A stretch of DNA of 64,000 bases from Waterburya sp. (GTDB taxonomy: Bacteria > Cyanobacteriota > Cyanobacteriia > Cyanobacteriales > Xenococcaceae): positions 1,376,001 through 1,440,000 of the forward strand of contig CBDCJV010000002.1 of NCBI GenBank assembly GCA_965217895.1. The letters are read 5' to 3'. Position 1 is the stretch's first letter; the number at the start of each line of letters is the position of its first letter. Shown in pieces: positions 1 to 10,393 of this stretch. Under the pieces are notes generated by a model that worked only from the letters and a program-made list of their open reading frames with translations, was not told where the DNA came from and did no database searches. The position numbers were made by a program, and so were the translations under genes.

Positions 1-356
1 AAATCGATCGCCGTAGTGGCAGAACATTTCATCAGGGGTGTTCCCACTTGAGGATTACCAAAAATTAGTAATTGCGTTGGTTTCAATTCTTCCCCAACCT
101 TTTTGGCATTGGCACTATGATCGATCCGACTAAAAAGTGTCAAACCTTTTTCCTTGATAATCTTGGCTAGGCGATCGGTGGTTTCTGTCACACCATAAGG
201 ACTTGAGACAGTAATTAAACCATTACTATTGTTATTGACACTATCAGCAACATTTATTGCCTTAACAGCTTCAGAATTATCTTGGGCTATTACCTGCTGA
301 CTATAGGCTGTACAAATAACAAATATCGACAATAAAAGTTTTAATAAGTGATTCAT
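1..356 (-). CDS. DUF302-family secreted protein (partial, runs off the window start)
   Basis: Manual translation from ATG at 356: signal peptide MNHLLKLLLSIFVIC, then GLITVSSPYGVTETTDRL...RIDHSANAKKVGEELKPTQLLIFGNPQVGTPLM, a DUF302-like motif. Not in the ORF track. Confidence 0.8.
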   Translation of the reverse strand, partial: MNHLLKLLLSIFVICTAYSQQVIAQDNSEAVKAINVADSVNNNSNGLITVSSPYGVTETTDRLAKIIKEKGLTLFSRIDHSANAKKVGEELKPTQLLIFGNPQVGTPLMKCSATTAID

Positions 357-360
357 AGAG

Positions 361-1158
361 TTAGTAATTACTGATTGATTGTCTTTTGGCTTCATATAAT
401 AATAAAGCGGTAGCAACTGCTACATTTAGGGATTCTACTCCGTTTGCTAAAGGAATTTTTATCTGCTCATCGGCGATCGCCATTAAATCTTCTGATAATC
501 CTGCACCCTCGTTACCTAATAAAAGCAGAGTAGGACGAGTAAAATCTACTTGCCAGTAGTTTTTGTTGGCTTGAGAAGTAGTAGCAACTATCTGTACGCC
601 TGCCTGCTGATGCTGTGAAACTACCTCAGCTAAATTTTGAGCAGTAGCAATGGGGACGCGAAACCATTCTCCTACGCTCGCTCTAAGTACTTTAGGGTTA
701 TAAATATCTACGCTATCATCACTTAGCCAAATACTATCAACGCTGGTGGCTGCTGCGGTGCGAATAATTGTGCCTAAGTTGCCAGGATCTTGTAGCCTTT
801 CTAAGGCAATTCCCAGCTTAGTTTTCGAGATTGCTGGTTCATAAGCGAGACGACGCGCGATCGCTACTACTCCATCTGGATTAACCGTTGTCGCGATCGC
901 ATTTAAGACTTCTAAACTAACTGGCTGAGTTTTAATCCCTTGTTCAGCAATTTTTCGGCATAATGACTGATGATTTTCTTGCCAACGATCTGTGTAAAAA
1001 ACAGTATCTAACCTATAATCTACTTGGCAAGCTGCCTCAACTAAATTTGTGCCTTCTAAAAGCAGCAGGTTTTGCTTAGTTCTTTCCTTAGAGCGATGCA
1101 GTTTACGAACCTGTTTTATTAAAGGATTTTGAGTGCTAGTTAAAATTATCTTATCCAC
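361..1158 (-). CDS. TrmH/SpoU-family RNA 2'-O-methyltransferase
   Basis: SPOUT motifs LQDPGNLGTIIRTA, GNEGAGLS and ESLNVAVA. Confidence 0.92.
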   Translation of the reverse strand: MDKIILTSTQNPLIKQVRKLHRSKERTKQNLLLLEGTNLVEAACQVDYRLDTVFYTDRWQENHQSLCRKIAEQGIKTQPVSLEVLNAIATTVNPDGVVAIARRLAYEPAISKTKLGIALERLQDPGNLGTIIRTAAATSVDSIWLSDDSVDIYNPKVLRASVGEWFRVPIATAQNLAEVVSQHQQAGVQIVATTSQANKNYWQVDFTRPTLLLLGNEGAGLSEDLMAIADEQIKIPLANGVESLNVAVATALLLYEAKRQSISNY

Positions 1159-1211
1159 TCACTATTGACGAACAGCATTATTCAAAGTAATACTTTGGTT
1201 GCTAATTAAGA

Positions 1212-1296
1212 TGCGGAACTCGGGACTTGAACCCGAATGTTTTAAGCAAACACTAGAATCTGAATCTAGCGCGTCTACCAATTCCGCCAGTTCCGC
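1212..1296 (-). tRNA. tRNA-Leu(CAG)
   Basis: Reverse complement GCGGAACTGGCGGAATTGGTAGACGCGCTAGATTCAGATTCTAG...GGTTCAAGTCCCGAGTTCCGCA; anticodon arm CTAGA-TTCAGAT-TCTAG; long variable arm; CCA not encoded. Confidence 0.95.
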
Positions 1297-1456
1297 AGAA
1301 ATTTTGCCTGTAGACTCTTATTATTATTGACTTTTACTACTAATGTCAAACTTCAAATAACTTTAGTTGAATTATTGAAAACCAATTTTTTAACTGAAAT
1401 TAAATAGAGTCTGCCTTAGCTCAAATTAATATTTTTATCATTAAGAGGACAAAGCC

Positions 1457-2806
1457 ATTAACTCTATCTCTAACTTAACTAAAACCAGTGTAGAAAAGCC
1501 TCAAGCTGTATTAGAAATCTGGGGACGCACTTCTTTGAAAGGAAAAGTACAAATTAGTGGTGCCAAAAATTCAGCTCTTGTATTAATGGCAGGGACAATA
1601 ATGTGTCCTGGCAAATCTATCTTGCGTAATGTTCCTAACTTAGTAGATATTAAACGCATGGGGCAAATTCTGACATCTTTAGGAGTGAAGCTAAAACGAG
1701 ATGGTGATGTTTTAGAAATCGATGCCAAACAAATCATCCCCGCAGAAGCTCCTTATGACGTAGTTTCTCAATTAAGAGCCAGCTTTTTTGTGATTGGACC
1801 TCTACTTACTAGACTGGGAACAGCCCGTGTTCCTCTTCCTGGAGGCTGCGCTATTGGCGCACGCCCTGTAGACCTTCACGTGCGCGGTTTGCAGTCGATG
1901 GGAGCAAACGTATCTATTGAAGACGGTGTTGTTCATGCCAATCTCGTCGGTAGCAAACGCCGTTTGCAAGGGGCAAGTATATATCTAGACTATCCCAGCG
2001 TCGGCGCAACAGAAACTATCCTCATGGCAGCAACGTTAGCCGAAGGAATAACCAAGATTGAAAATGCTGCTCAAGAACCAGAAATCGTTGATTTAGCTAA
2101 TTTCTGCAATCAAATGGGAGCAAAAATAACTGGTGCAGGCACAAACACTATTACTATTCAAGGTGTTGCCGAACTTCATCCTATAGATTACAACGTAATT
2201 CCCGATCGCATTGAAGCTGGGACATTTTTAGTTGCAGGGGCAATTACCCACTCAGAAATTACCCTTACTTCGGTAATTCCCGAACATCTAGCCCCTGTCA
2301 TTGCCAAGCTCAAAGAAATTGGCTGTCAGGTATTAGTCGAAGATGAGATCGGTAAAACATTTGGCGGTAATATTCAATCCAAGTGTTTACGAATTATCCC
2401 AGGCGAACTCCACGGTACAGATATCGAAACCCTTCCTTATCCTGGTTTTCCCACGGATATGCAGGCACAGTTTACTGCTCTTTTGAGCATCAGCCAAGGC
2501 AATAGCGTTATTAGTGAAACCGTATTTGAAAATCGCCTCCGTCATGTAGCTGAACTACAGCGCATGGGAACAAACATTCGAGTTAAAGGACATCATGCGA
2601 TCGTTCAGGGAGTATCCTTTATCTCTGGTGCGCCTGTCATGGCAACGGATTTAAGAGCCTCTGCTGCTTTAGTAATAGCTGGTTTGGCAGCCGAAGGTAA
2701 AACCACCGTTCATGGTTTACACCATTTAGATCGCGGTTACGAAAACCTAGAGGATAAACTCCGCAGCTTAGGAGCAAGACTAGAACGTGTAATACCTGCT
2801 AGTTAG
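1457..2806 (+). CDS. murA: UDP-N-acetylglucosamine 1-carboxyvinyltransferase; start probably ATT at 1457 rather than TTG at 1535
   Basis: Motifs [19 protein letters not shown] and PGFPTDMQ. The frame is open back to TAA at 1442-1444, with GAGGA 7 nt upstream of the ATT. Confidence 0.95.
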   Translation: MNSISNLTKTSVEKPQAVLEIWGRTSLKGKVQISGAKNSALVLMAGTIMCPGKSILRNVPNLVDIKRMGQILTSLGVKLKRDGDVLEIDAKQIIPAEAPYDVVSQLRASFFVIGPLLTRLGTARVPLPGGCAIGARPVDLHVRGLQSMGANVSIEDGVVHANLVGSKRRLQGASIYLDYPSVGATETILMAATLAEGITKIENAAQEPEIVDLANFCNQMGAKITGAGTNTITIQGVAELHPIDYNVIPDRIEAGTFLVAGAITHSEITLTSVIPEHLAPVIAKLKEIGCQVLVEDEIGKTFGGNIQSKCLRIIPGELHGTDIETLPYPGFPTDMQAQFTALLSISQGNSVISETVFENRLRHVAELQRMGTNIRVKGHHAIVQGVSFISGAPVMATDLRASAALVIAGLAAEGKTTVHGLHHLDRGYENLEDKLRSLGARLERVIPAS

Positions 2807-2817
2807 TTTATTACTCA

Positions 2818-3350
2818 CGCCTAATGTGAATTGACTTTTTGACTATCAGCTTATAAAAAGCCCAATATTTCAAGAGAAATAAAGATTTTTTTGAGAACCC
2901 AATTCAAGCAGATTCAATTCTTCATCTAAATAATCAGAAATTAACTGATGAGTGAAATTATGGTTAATGTTTACGGAAGACGGCACTTAAAGGGGCGAAT
3001 ACATTCGCCCCACGTTGCCTCGGCTTTGGGGAGGGTCGTCACGTCCCCAACAGGCGAGCGACCCCCTAAAGGGTTCAGCAGTTTGCTTATGCCAGGGAAC
3101 CCTTTCGACACTTTGCTCAACGGAGGATACCTCCGCAACGCAAGTGTCTCACCACCGCAACTGCTTCACCGCGTCGCCTTCAGGCGCAAGCGTCCGACAC
3201 GAGGGCATCCCTAAACGGGAAGCCACGCGGACTTGGGAATGCGCGAGAGTGGGGTCTGGGGGAAAGTTCCCCCAGTATTATATTTTGGTTTTTACAGACA
3301 AATTTTGAATAAAAATAGAAAAATCAGCTTTTTTTAATTCACATTAGACG
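2818..3350. mobile_element. MITE-like non-autonomous element carrying nested GC-rich short repeats
   Basis: Terminal inverted repeats CGCCTAATGTGAATT / AATTCACATTAGACG (14/15 match), flanked by direct repeat TTACTCA at 2811-2817 and 3351-3357. Confidence 0.8.
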
Positions 3351-3364
3351 TTACTCATAAATTA

Positions 3365-3412
3365 TAAAAGCGATCGCCTGAGATATTTTTGGCAATCGGG
3401 CGATCGCTTTTT
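3365..3412. terminator. Hairpin built from two HIP1 sites between convergent genes; possible bidirectional terminator
   Basis: AAAAGCGATCGCC...GGCGATCGCTTTT with A/T tails on both sides. Confidence 0.5.
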
Positions 3413-3414
3413 AT

Positions 3415-3735
3415 TTAGCCTCTAATCTTCATTTTGTAATTGAAAGCTATTTTTTTGAGTCCTTCCATACTTAAATCTCTGTATTCTTTAAATACAAAAT
3501 CTGTTTGCTTGCAACAATTAGTGTATCTCGTACTATCTCCGCCAAGTCCCTTAAATTCATCAACACGAGCTTGTACTTTTTTTACTACTTCACTTACTGT
3601 AAATTCATCGGATATCGTTGCTGCATAGTCTTCTATTATTGAATATTCGGTATTTTCTAATCCATATAGATATATGAATAAAATTTGTAAATCTTGTGGA
3701 AAAGTCCAGTCGTGTCGTCTTATTGTTTGAGTCAT
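3415..3735 (-). CDS. Hypothetical protein (AT-rich)
   Basis: 106-aa ATG-started ORF with no recognised motif. Confidence 0.5.
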   Translation of the reverse strand: MTQTIRRHDWTFPQDLQILFIYLYGLENTEYSIIEDYAATISDEFTVSEVVKKVQARVDEFKGLGGDSTRYTNCCKQTDFVFKEYRDLSMEGLKKIAFNYKMKIRG

Positions 3736-3813
3736 TGATATTCTTCTAAAAACATATTGATTTATTATATACGAAATAAAAAATACTACATTATTTATGT
3801 TTACCTTGTATAT

Positions 3814-3926
3814 AAATAGCGATTAAGCTCAAAACTTTACATGATGAGCGTTGTATACGTCTGTATAGAGCAGTCAAATGGAGTGCGACCATTTTGGCGA
3901 GTTCGGGTGTAGCGCGATTGTTAGAC
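3814..3926 (-). other. Degenerate attC-like recombination site
   Basis: Minus strand just after the methyltransferase stop: GTCTAAC (RYYYAAC), spacer, GCTACAC...TTGAGC, spacer TTAATC, then GCTA where GTTA is expected. Confidence 0.4.
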
Positions 3927-3927
3927 T

Positions 3928-4587
3928 TCATACTCGCCCCGAAAAAAGCGCAGCACAGCCTACGACTTCAACTAAGACATCTTTAAAACGCTTGTCAAGC
4001 TCTCGCCTCAAACCCTCAAGCTCGTCGCTTTGGTTGGAAAAGATCCCTTTTTTGTTGTATACATCCATTAGGCGTTTGGCGAACCAATTCCGTGAGACAC
4101 CTCTGTACAATAGGGTTGAACCAAAAAGGACTGCGTTAGGATTCATCAACACCTTGAGATGATCGAAAACTACCGATTTTGACTCGATAAAACCTGGAAG
4201 GCAATGAAGCAGGTAGTTAATTCCCACCGAATCAAACTTTGACTCGTCCAGAGAAATGGGTTCTAAGACATTTCGACGATATATTTTGGGTTTATATCTT
4301 GCAATACGTTGGGAGGCGAGTTCCAACGTATTGGAGTTGAGATCCATTAAGGCAATGCGCGGAGTGGACGAGGGGAACTGACAATTATCTAGAAAGTAAG
4401 CCGTGCCTACTCCAACATCTAGATGATTCGCTGTAACGCTTTGGTTGTAGAGGTCTAGAAGTCGTTGAGTCGGACACTTCCAAATGAACTGGTTAGAAAC
4501 GCTAAGTACGGCGAAATCATAGGCACCGAGTGTTCGCTTAGTATAAACGGCTTGCCCAGCGTCTACTTGCTCAGGTGTAACACTCAT
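3928..4587 (-). CDS. Class I SAM-dependent methyltransferase (start moved to ATG 4587)
   Basis: SAM motif HLDVGVGTAYF, plus LMDLN and FDSVGINYLLHCLPG. Confidence 0.85.
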   Translation of the reverse strand: MSVTPEQVDAGQAVYTKRTLGAYDFAVLSVSNQFIWKCPTQRLLDLYNQSVTANHLDVGVGTAYFLDNCQFPSSTPRIALMDLNSNTLELASQRIARYKPKIYRRNVLEPISLDESKFDSVGINYLLHCLPGFIESKSVVFDHLKVLMNPNAVLFGSTLLYRGVSRNWFAKRLMDVYNKKGIFSNQSDELEGLRRELDKRFKDVLVEVVGCAALFSGRV

Positions 4588-4840
4588 AACCTTTTTTCTA
4601 CTCTTTATACAGCTTCTTAGTAGGATGTATTTTTGGTTGAATGTGCAGTGTTGAAAAGATTTTCTTCCCGAATGCACTACTTTAATAATTGCTTACTTTT
4701 GATTCTATAGTCATTTGCAAAAATTTCCTGAAAAAAGCGCGATCGCCCTTCAATAAAAATCTTCCAGGCGACCGCTTATAATTATTTTAGTTTGGCGTTT
4801 TAATTAACCTTATCTGCCGAAACTGGCTGCAAAACTCACA

Positions 4841-5497
4841 TTACTTGCTGCTAGCAGTAGCAGGATAACAAACGCCTACACCGCCTAAGCCACAGTAGCC
4901 ATTAGGCACTTTAGCCAGATACTGTTGATGATATTCTTCTGCATAATAAAATTCTGGTGCGTCGATGATTTCAGTAGAAATTGTTCCGTAATCTGCTTTT
5001 CCTAACTCCTGCTGATATGCAGCTTTAGAAGTTTCTGCTAGCTGCTTTTGTTCTGGAGTAAAAGCATAAATACCAGAACGATATTGAGTACCTCTATCGT
5101 TACCCTGACGCATTCCTTGAGTTGGGTTATGGCTTTCCCAAAATACTTTAAGTAAATCCTCGTAGCTAATCTTTTGAGGATCATAAACAACTAGAACAAC
5201 TTCGTTATGTCCAGTCATACCACTACAGACTTCTTGATAAGTAGGATTGGGAGTAGATCCTGCTGCATAACCAACCGCAGTACTATAGACTCCATCTTGT
5301 TCCCAAAATTTTCTCTCTGCACCCCAAAAACAACCTAACCCAAACATGGCTTTTTCCATGTTTTCAGGAAAAGGTTCTTCAAGCGGGTTGCCGTTTACGT
5401 AATGTTTTGCAGGTACAGCCATAGACTGACTGCGTCCTGGTAATGCTTCTTCAACCGAAGGAATTGTGGCTTTTTTGCCTAAACCGAATAGTCCCAT
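4841..5497 (-). CDS. msrA: Peptide-methionine (S)-S-oxide reductase
   Basis: GCFWG active site, [10 protein letters not shown] and C-terminal GYCG. Confidence 0.97.
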   Translation of the reverse strand: MGLFGLGKKATIPSVEEALPGRSQSMAVPAKHYVNGNPLEEPFPENMEKAMFGLGCFWGAERKFWEQDGVYSTAVGYAAGSTPNPTYQEVCSGMTGHNEVVLVVYDPQKISYEDLLKVFWESHNPTQGMRQGNDRGTQYRSGIYAFTPEQKQLAETSKAAYQQELGKADYGTISTEIIDAPEFYYAEEYHQQYLAKVPNGYCGLGGVGVCYPATASSK

Positions 5498-5814
5498 AAA
5501 AATACTGATCGAACTTTATTAACTATTAACTTTTTTTACGCTATCTCTATCATAGGCATAATAAAGAAATTTTGAAATTCGGCTAACCCTACTTCTAATC
5601 AGTGATTAGCGACCAGTGAGCAATCATTATCTGCTGGTGCTTGATTGTTGTTCCTTATTTTCTTACGATACTATAGCCAAGGTACAAGTATCTTAATTAA
5701 TTTAAGGTATTACTAAAAAAAGATATTAAAAGTCTTACAGACGTAGTAATAATATCATAATTAGTTTTACACCCAAGACTAGCAATGTCATTTGAGTTTA
5801 ATTAGAAATAATTT

Positions 5815-6501
5815 ATGAAAATTTTAGTAGTAGAAGATGACGAGCGTATTAGTGATGCGATAGTCGAATATCTTTCCGACTTACATTACGCTGTTGAAGC
5901 GGTTGGCGATGGTCAGAGTGCCTGGGATTTATTAGATGTATTTACCTATGATATGGTGTTGCTGGATGTAATGATGCCTGAAATGGATGGCATCACTCTT
6001 TGCCAAAAACTACGCAAGAAAGGTTTAGACATTCCTATTCTAATGCTGACGGCTAAAGATACTTTAGAAAATAAGATTGAAGGTTTAGATGCTGGGGCTG
6101 ATGACTATCTAGTCAAACCTTTTGAATTAGATGAATTATCGGCTCGAATTCGTGCTTTGTTGCGTCGAGGAACAGGAACTTTACCTCCTATCTTGACCTG
6201 GGAAAAACTGAAGCTCGATCCTAGTAGCTGTGAAGTTTTCTATGAAGATACTCTTTTACCTTTAAGTCCTAAAGAATACAAGCTGCTAGAATTTTTCCTC
6301 CGCAACGGTCGTCGCGTATTTAGTCGCGCCCAAATTCTAGAACATTTGTGGTCTTTTGAACAAGTTCCAGAAGAAGCAACGGTTAAAGCTCATATTCGTG
6401 GCTTAAGACAAAAACTAGAGGCATCAGGCGCACCTCATGACTTAATTGAAACGGTTTATGGTTTAGGCTATCGTCTCAAGGAAGAACCTCAACAAGTATA
6501 A
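5815..6501 (+). CDS. OmpR-family response regulator
   Basis: Receiver domain (VVEDD, LLDVMMP, KPF) and winged helix (IETVYGLGYR). Confidence 0.95.
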   Translation: MKILVVEDDERISDAIVEYLSDLHYAVEAVGDGQSAWDLLDVFTYDMVLLDVMMPEMDGITLCQKLRKKGLDIPILMLTAKDTLENKIEGLDAGADDYLVKPFELDELSARIRALLRRGTGTLPPILTWEKLKLDPSSCEVFYEDTLLPLSPKEYKLLEFFLRNGRRVFSRAQILEHLWSFEQVPEEATVKAHIRGLRQKLEASGAPHDLIETVYGLGYRLKEEPQQV

Positions 6502-6512
6502 GTATAAAAATT

Positions 6513-7847
6513 ATGCACCAAGGTTTGCGATCGCGACTGCTATTATACTATTTGATAGTTATGGCAACTATTTCAGGTCTTTTTGGCACAGGGGTTTATG
6601 TCGTTTTTAAGCGTGCTTTATACAAGCAAATCGACAAAAGGCTGTTAACTCTGGCACAGTCTGCTACTCCTTCTTTTGCGGCGGTACGCGATCAGGGCAG
6701 TAAATATCTAAATCAAGTAGAAGAAGTTCCTTGGCGTGATATTTTTAACCGAGATCAGCAAAGCCTAGAATGGTTTGATGAGAACGGAAAATCACTTGGC
6801 AGAAAAGGATTAATTGAGCTTAATGTTCCTCCTGAAGTAGGATCGCAAATTATTGAACAACCAAAGACAGGAGAAGTTTTTCGGACTCATACCCTATCAG
6901 TTTTTGTTCGTAATAATGGTCAAGCAGGACCACCTTCTTTAGTTGGCTTTATTCGCGCTACCCAATCCAGTGCAGAAATAAAAGCAGCAGAAGACGAACT
7001 ATCAGGAATCTTAATTGGAGGAGGAATGTTCACTCTAGTTTTAACTGGGGTAGGGGGCTTTTGGCTGACACAAAAAGCGATTGAACCGATTGAAGCCAGT
7101 TTTTTGCAGCTTAAACAGTTTACTGCCGATGCTTCCCATGAATTACGCAGTCCTTTGACGGCAATTAAAGCTTCTATAGACGTGATGCGCCATCATCCAG
7201 AGCGAGTCCACCCCAAAGATACAAAAAAGCTAGAGGCAATTTCTGGAGCAACGCTGCAAATGAATCAAACTTTAGAAGATTTGCTCTTTTTAGCTCGTGC
7301 TGACGCTGATTCAAGTATGGCTGTACAAGATCGCCAACTAGCTCCTGTCTCCCTCAACCAAATTCTGCAAAATTGTTTTGTATTGCTAGAGCCGTTTGCC
7401 AACGAGAAAAAAATTGTCTTTCAGTCCAAATTTAGAGAGGAAATCGATATTTTAGGCGACACTGCTCAACTATCTCGTTTGTTCTCTAACCTGATGGAAA
7501 ATGCTCTGCAATATACCCCAGAAGAGGGAAGAGTTAGCTTAGATCTATACAAGCAAAATCGCGTTGCTGTAGTTAGTGTTCGCGATACGGGTATTGGTCT
7601 AGCGACCGAAGAAGTATCAAAGGTATTTGACCGTTTTTGGCGAGCGAATAAGGCACGCTCCCGTCGGCAAGGTGGCACGGGGTTAGGTTTGGCAATTTCT
7701 CAAGCGATTGCCAAACGACATGGTGGTAAAATTAGCGTTACTAGCGAGCTTAACATTGGTACTTGCTTTATAGTCCGCATTCCTATTCTAGATAGCAAAA
7801 AGTCATCAGTCACCAAAGCTCATACAACAGCAGTTACTGATTGTTAA
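6513..7847 (+). CDS. Membrane sensor histidine kinase
   Basis: Two TM segments, H-box ASHELRSPL, N-box ENALQY, G boxes DTGIG and GTGLGL; directly follows the response regulator. Confidence 0.95.
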   Translation: MHQGLRSRLLLYYLIVMATISGLFGTGVYVVFKRALYKQIDKRLLTLAQSATPSFAAVRDQGSKYLNQVEEVPWRDIFNRDQQSLEWFDENGKSLGRKGLIELNVPPEVGSQIIEQPKTGEVFRTHTLSVFVRNNGQAGPPSLVGFIRATQSSAEIKAAEDELSGILIGGGMFTLVLTGVGGFWLTQKAIEPIEASFLQLKQFTADASHELRSPLTAIKASIDVMRHHPERVHPKDTKKLEAISGATLQMNQTLEDLLFLARADADSSMAVQDRQLAPVSLNQILQNCFVLLEPFANEKKIVFQSKFREEIDILGDTAQLSRLFSNLMENALQYTPEEGRVSLDLYKQNRVAVVSVRDTGIGLATEEVSKVFDRFWRANKARSRRQGGTGLGLAISQAIAKRHGGKISVTSELNIGTCFIVRIPILDSKKSSVTKAHTTAVTDC

Positions 7848-8047
7848 TACTGTACGGGCGACGGGCTGTTCTCCACTACTTGTTTTTCCAGGGAAGTTTT
7901 GTTCCCATTTCCGTTGCAGCCGAGAAAAATAAATAGGCAATTAATAAACCAACTCCAATCAAAAACGCAATCAAGTCATTATCCATTTACTTACTGCCTA
8001 ACTTACCAGTATAAACCATTTTCTGAATTAATTTTACCTACCTACTT

Positions 8048-9415
8048 ATGGCGATCGCAACTATCAATCCTGCAACAGGAAAAACCATAAAGACTTTCAC
8101 TCCCCTAACTGATGCTGAAATAGAAAGCAAGCTGGCTTTGGCACAGTCTACATATCAACAATATCGGCACACTACCTTTGCTCAACGCAGCCAGTGGTTA
8201 AACCAGGCAGCAAACATCTTAGATCGAGATAAGCAAAAATTTGCTGAGACTATGACGACGGAAATGGGTAAAACTCGGCAAAGCGCGATCGCCGAAGTGG
8301 AAAAATGCGCCAAAGTATGCCGTTTCTACAGTGAAAAAGCTCCGGAATTTCTGGCTAATGTAACTATTGACAGTGATGCTAGCCATAGCTACGTTGCTTA
8401 TCAGCCTTTGGGAGTAATTTTGGCAGTCATGCCCTGGAATTTTCCTTTTTGGCAGGTATTTCGCTTTGTTGCTCCTGCTTTGATGGCAGGTAATGTGGGG
8501 CTTCTTAAACACGCTTCTAATGTACCTCAGTGTGCTTTGGCGATCGCCGAAATTATCTCTCAAGCAGGTTTCCCCGAAGGGGCATTCCAAGCTTTATTAA
8601 TTGGCGCAGATCGGGTAAAGTCAATCATGGAAGATGAGCGAGTCAAAGCAGCTACTCTTACAGGAAGCGAGCCAGCAGGGGCAGCTTTGGCTTCTGTGGC
8701 AGGACAACAAATTAAAAAAGTGGTTTTAGAGCTTGGCGGTAGCGATCCTTTTATCGTCTTAGAAAGTGCTGATGTTGACGAGGCAGTGGCTACAGCAGTT
8801 AAAGCGAGGATGCTTAACAACGGGCAATCTTGTATTGCAGCCAAACGTTTCATCGTTGCCGAGAGTATTGCCGATCGCTTTGAGTCTCAGCTAATTGCTC
8901 AGTTTCAAGCTTTAACTATTGGCGATCCAATGTCAGAAGATACAGATATTGGTCCTTTGGCTACTGCTACAATTCGCTCAGAATTAGACCAGCAGGTGAA
9001 AGCAGCCGTTAAGCAAGGAGGAAAAATTTTGCTGGGAGGCGAATCAATTAGCGATCGCCTTGGTAATTATTATCCACCAACTATTTTGGGTAATATCCCT
9101 GTAGATAGTGACATTGCCCAAGAGGAATTTTTTGGCCCTGTGGCTTTATTGTTTCGGGTTAAAGATATCAAGAAAGCGATCGCTCTGGCAAACAATATTC
9201 CCTTTGGTTTGGGCGCAAGTGCTTGGACAAATGACTCTACAGAGCAAGAGCGTTTAATCGCCGAAATCGAGGCAGGATCGGTATTTATCAACGGTCTGGT
9301 TAAATCAGATCCTCGTTTGCCTTTTGGTGGGATCAAGCGATCGGGTTATGGTAGAGAATTAAGTAGCCAAGGAATACACGAATTTGTCAACATTAAAACT
9401 GTTTGGGTTAAATAA
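8048..9415 (+). CDS. gabD: NAD(P)-dependent succinate-semialdehyde dehydrogenase
   Basis: ALDH motifs MPWNFP, LELGGSDP, NNGQSCIA, EEFFGP and PFGGIKRSG. Confidence 0.85.
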   Translation: MAIATINPATGKTIKTFTPLTDAEIESKLALAQSTYQQYRHTTFAQRSQWLNQAANILDRDKQKFAETMTTEMGKTRQSAIAEVEKCAKVCRFYSEKAPEFLANVTIDSDASHSYVAYQPLGVILAVMPWNFPFWQVFRFVAPALMAGNVGLLKHASNVPQCALAIAEIISQAGFPEGAFQALLIGADRVKSIMEDERVKAATLTGSEPAGAALASVAGQQIKKVVLELGGSDPFIVLESADVDEAVATAVKARMLNNGQSCIAAKRFIVAESIADRFESQLIAQFQALTIGDPMSEDTDIGPLATATIRSELDQQVKAAVKQGGKILLGGESISDRLGNYYPPTILGNIPVDSDIAQEEFFGPVALLFRVKDIKKAIALANNIPFGLGASAWTNDSTEQERLIAEIEAGSVFINGLVKSDPRLPFGGIKRSGYGRELSSQGIHEFVNIKTVWVK

Positions 9416-9618
9416 GGGATAGAAGATAAATGTATCAGAAACTGCAATAAATGAGTTTTGCTTAAGATAAATTAACAAAAATAAATTTTGATTAGTTTCA
9501 AATCTGCTGTTTTAATAAATTTTTGTAAAGTACAATTGCGGTCGCTTTATTTTTCTGGCTTGATAAGGGTAGTTAATAATTCATCTAAAGTTTTGTTTAT
9601 AGGAGTCAATTTTAAGCT

Positions 9619-10218
9619 ATGCAAATGCTCAAAAAAATATTCAAAGGCGATCGCAAATATTATTTAGAATTAGATGAACTAGCAGAATCTCAACCAGTAC
9701 AGAAAGTAGTAGAAACTGCTGAAAAAATAGGAGACTTTGCTCAAGAAAAGGCTGCAGAACTAGCAAAATCTCAACCCGTAAAAGAAGCAGTAGAAACCGC
9801 TGGAAAAGTAGCCGACAAAGTAGTTGATGCTGCGCCAGAAAAATTACAGTCTACTTTAACTACAGAAACCAAGCCAGCTAAATCTAAAGCTGCTAAAAAC
9901 GGTAAAGTCTCAAAAACTGGCAAAGTCGCTAAGAATGGTAAAAATGCAGTGAAAAAAACTGCTGAAAAAGAACCAAATAAGCCTGCTGCTGCGCCTCAAA
10001 ATTCAGGCGCATCCTCGTATGATCCTCCATTTTGGGTTGCTGCTATGTACAACAACACTAGCAGTAATAACGGTAGTGCAAATGGCAGTTCGGATTCAGG
10101 ACAAACTTTTGCCACTGACAATTTGATGCCGATAATCACTAAATCTCGTCGTCGCCCTGGTGCTAGTTTAAATCAATTTAAAGACATGGCTAGAAAAGCC
10201 AAAACCCCTAGAAGTTAA
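9619..10218 (+). CDS. Hypothetical low-complexity protein
   Basis: AGGAG RBS; K/A/E-rich repeats; C-terminal RRRPG motif. Confidence 0.75.
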   Translation: MQMLKKIFKGDRKYYLELDELAESQPVQKVVETAEKIGDFAQEKAAELAKSQPVKEAVETAGKVADKVVDAAPEKLQSTLTTETKPAKSKAAKNGKVSKTGKVAKNGKNAVKKTAEKEPNKPAAAPQNSGASSYDPPFWVAAMYNNTSSNNGSANGSSDSGQTFATDNLMPIITKSRRRPGASLNQFKDMARKAKTPRS

Positions 10219-10393
10219 CTTAAAATTAACTTTCAAACTTTATTTGATTTTTGCCTAACAAATAGTTCCTAAGCCAAGTTTTGGCACAGAATATAAAAAA
10301 CAACTTTTGTAAAATACAAGTAGACGGAATGATTAGCTTCACGCTTGGCATCCTTCCGTCTTTATTTTTAGATTTATAATTTTCTAAGCATTA

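Noticed and set aside
2948..3308. ORFs 2948-3214 and 3015-3308
   Set aside because: They are translations of the GC-rich nested repeat core inside the MITE and show no protein motifs.
8219..9336. Short antisense or alternate-frame ORFs overlapping gabD (and similar ones in tkt, sdhA, glgB, ctaD, tonB and fusA)
   Set aside because: They are nested in or overlap well-supported genes and have no motifs; treated as shadow ORFs.
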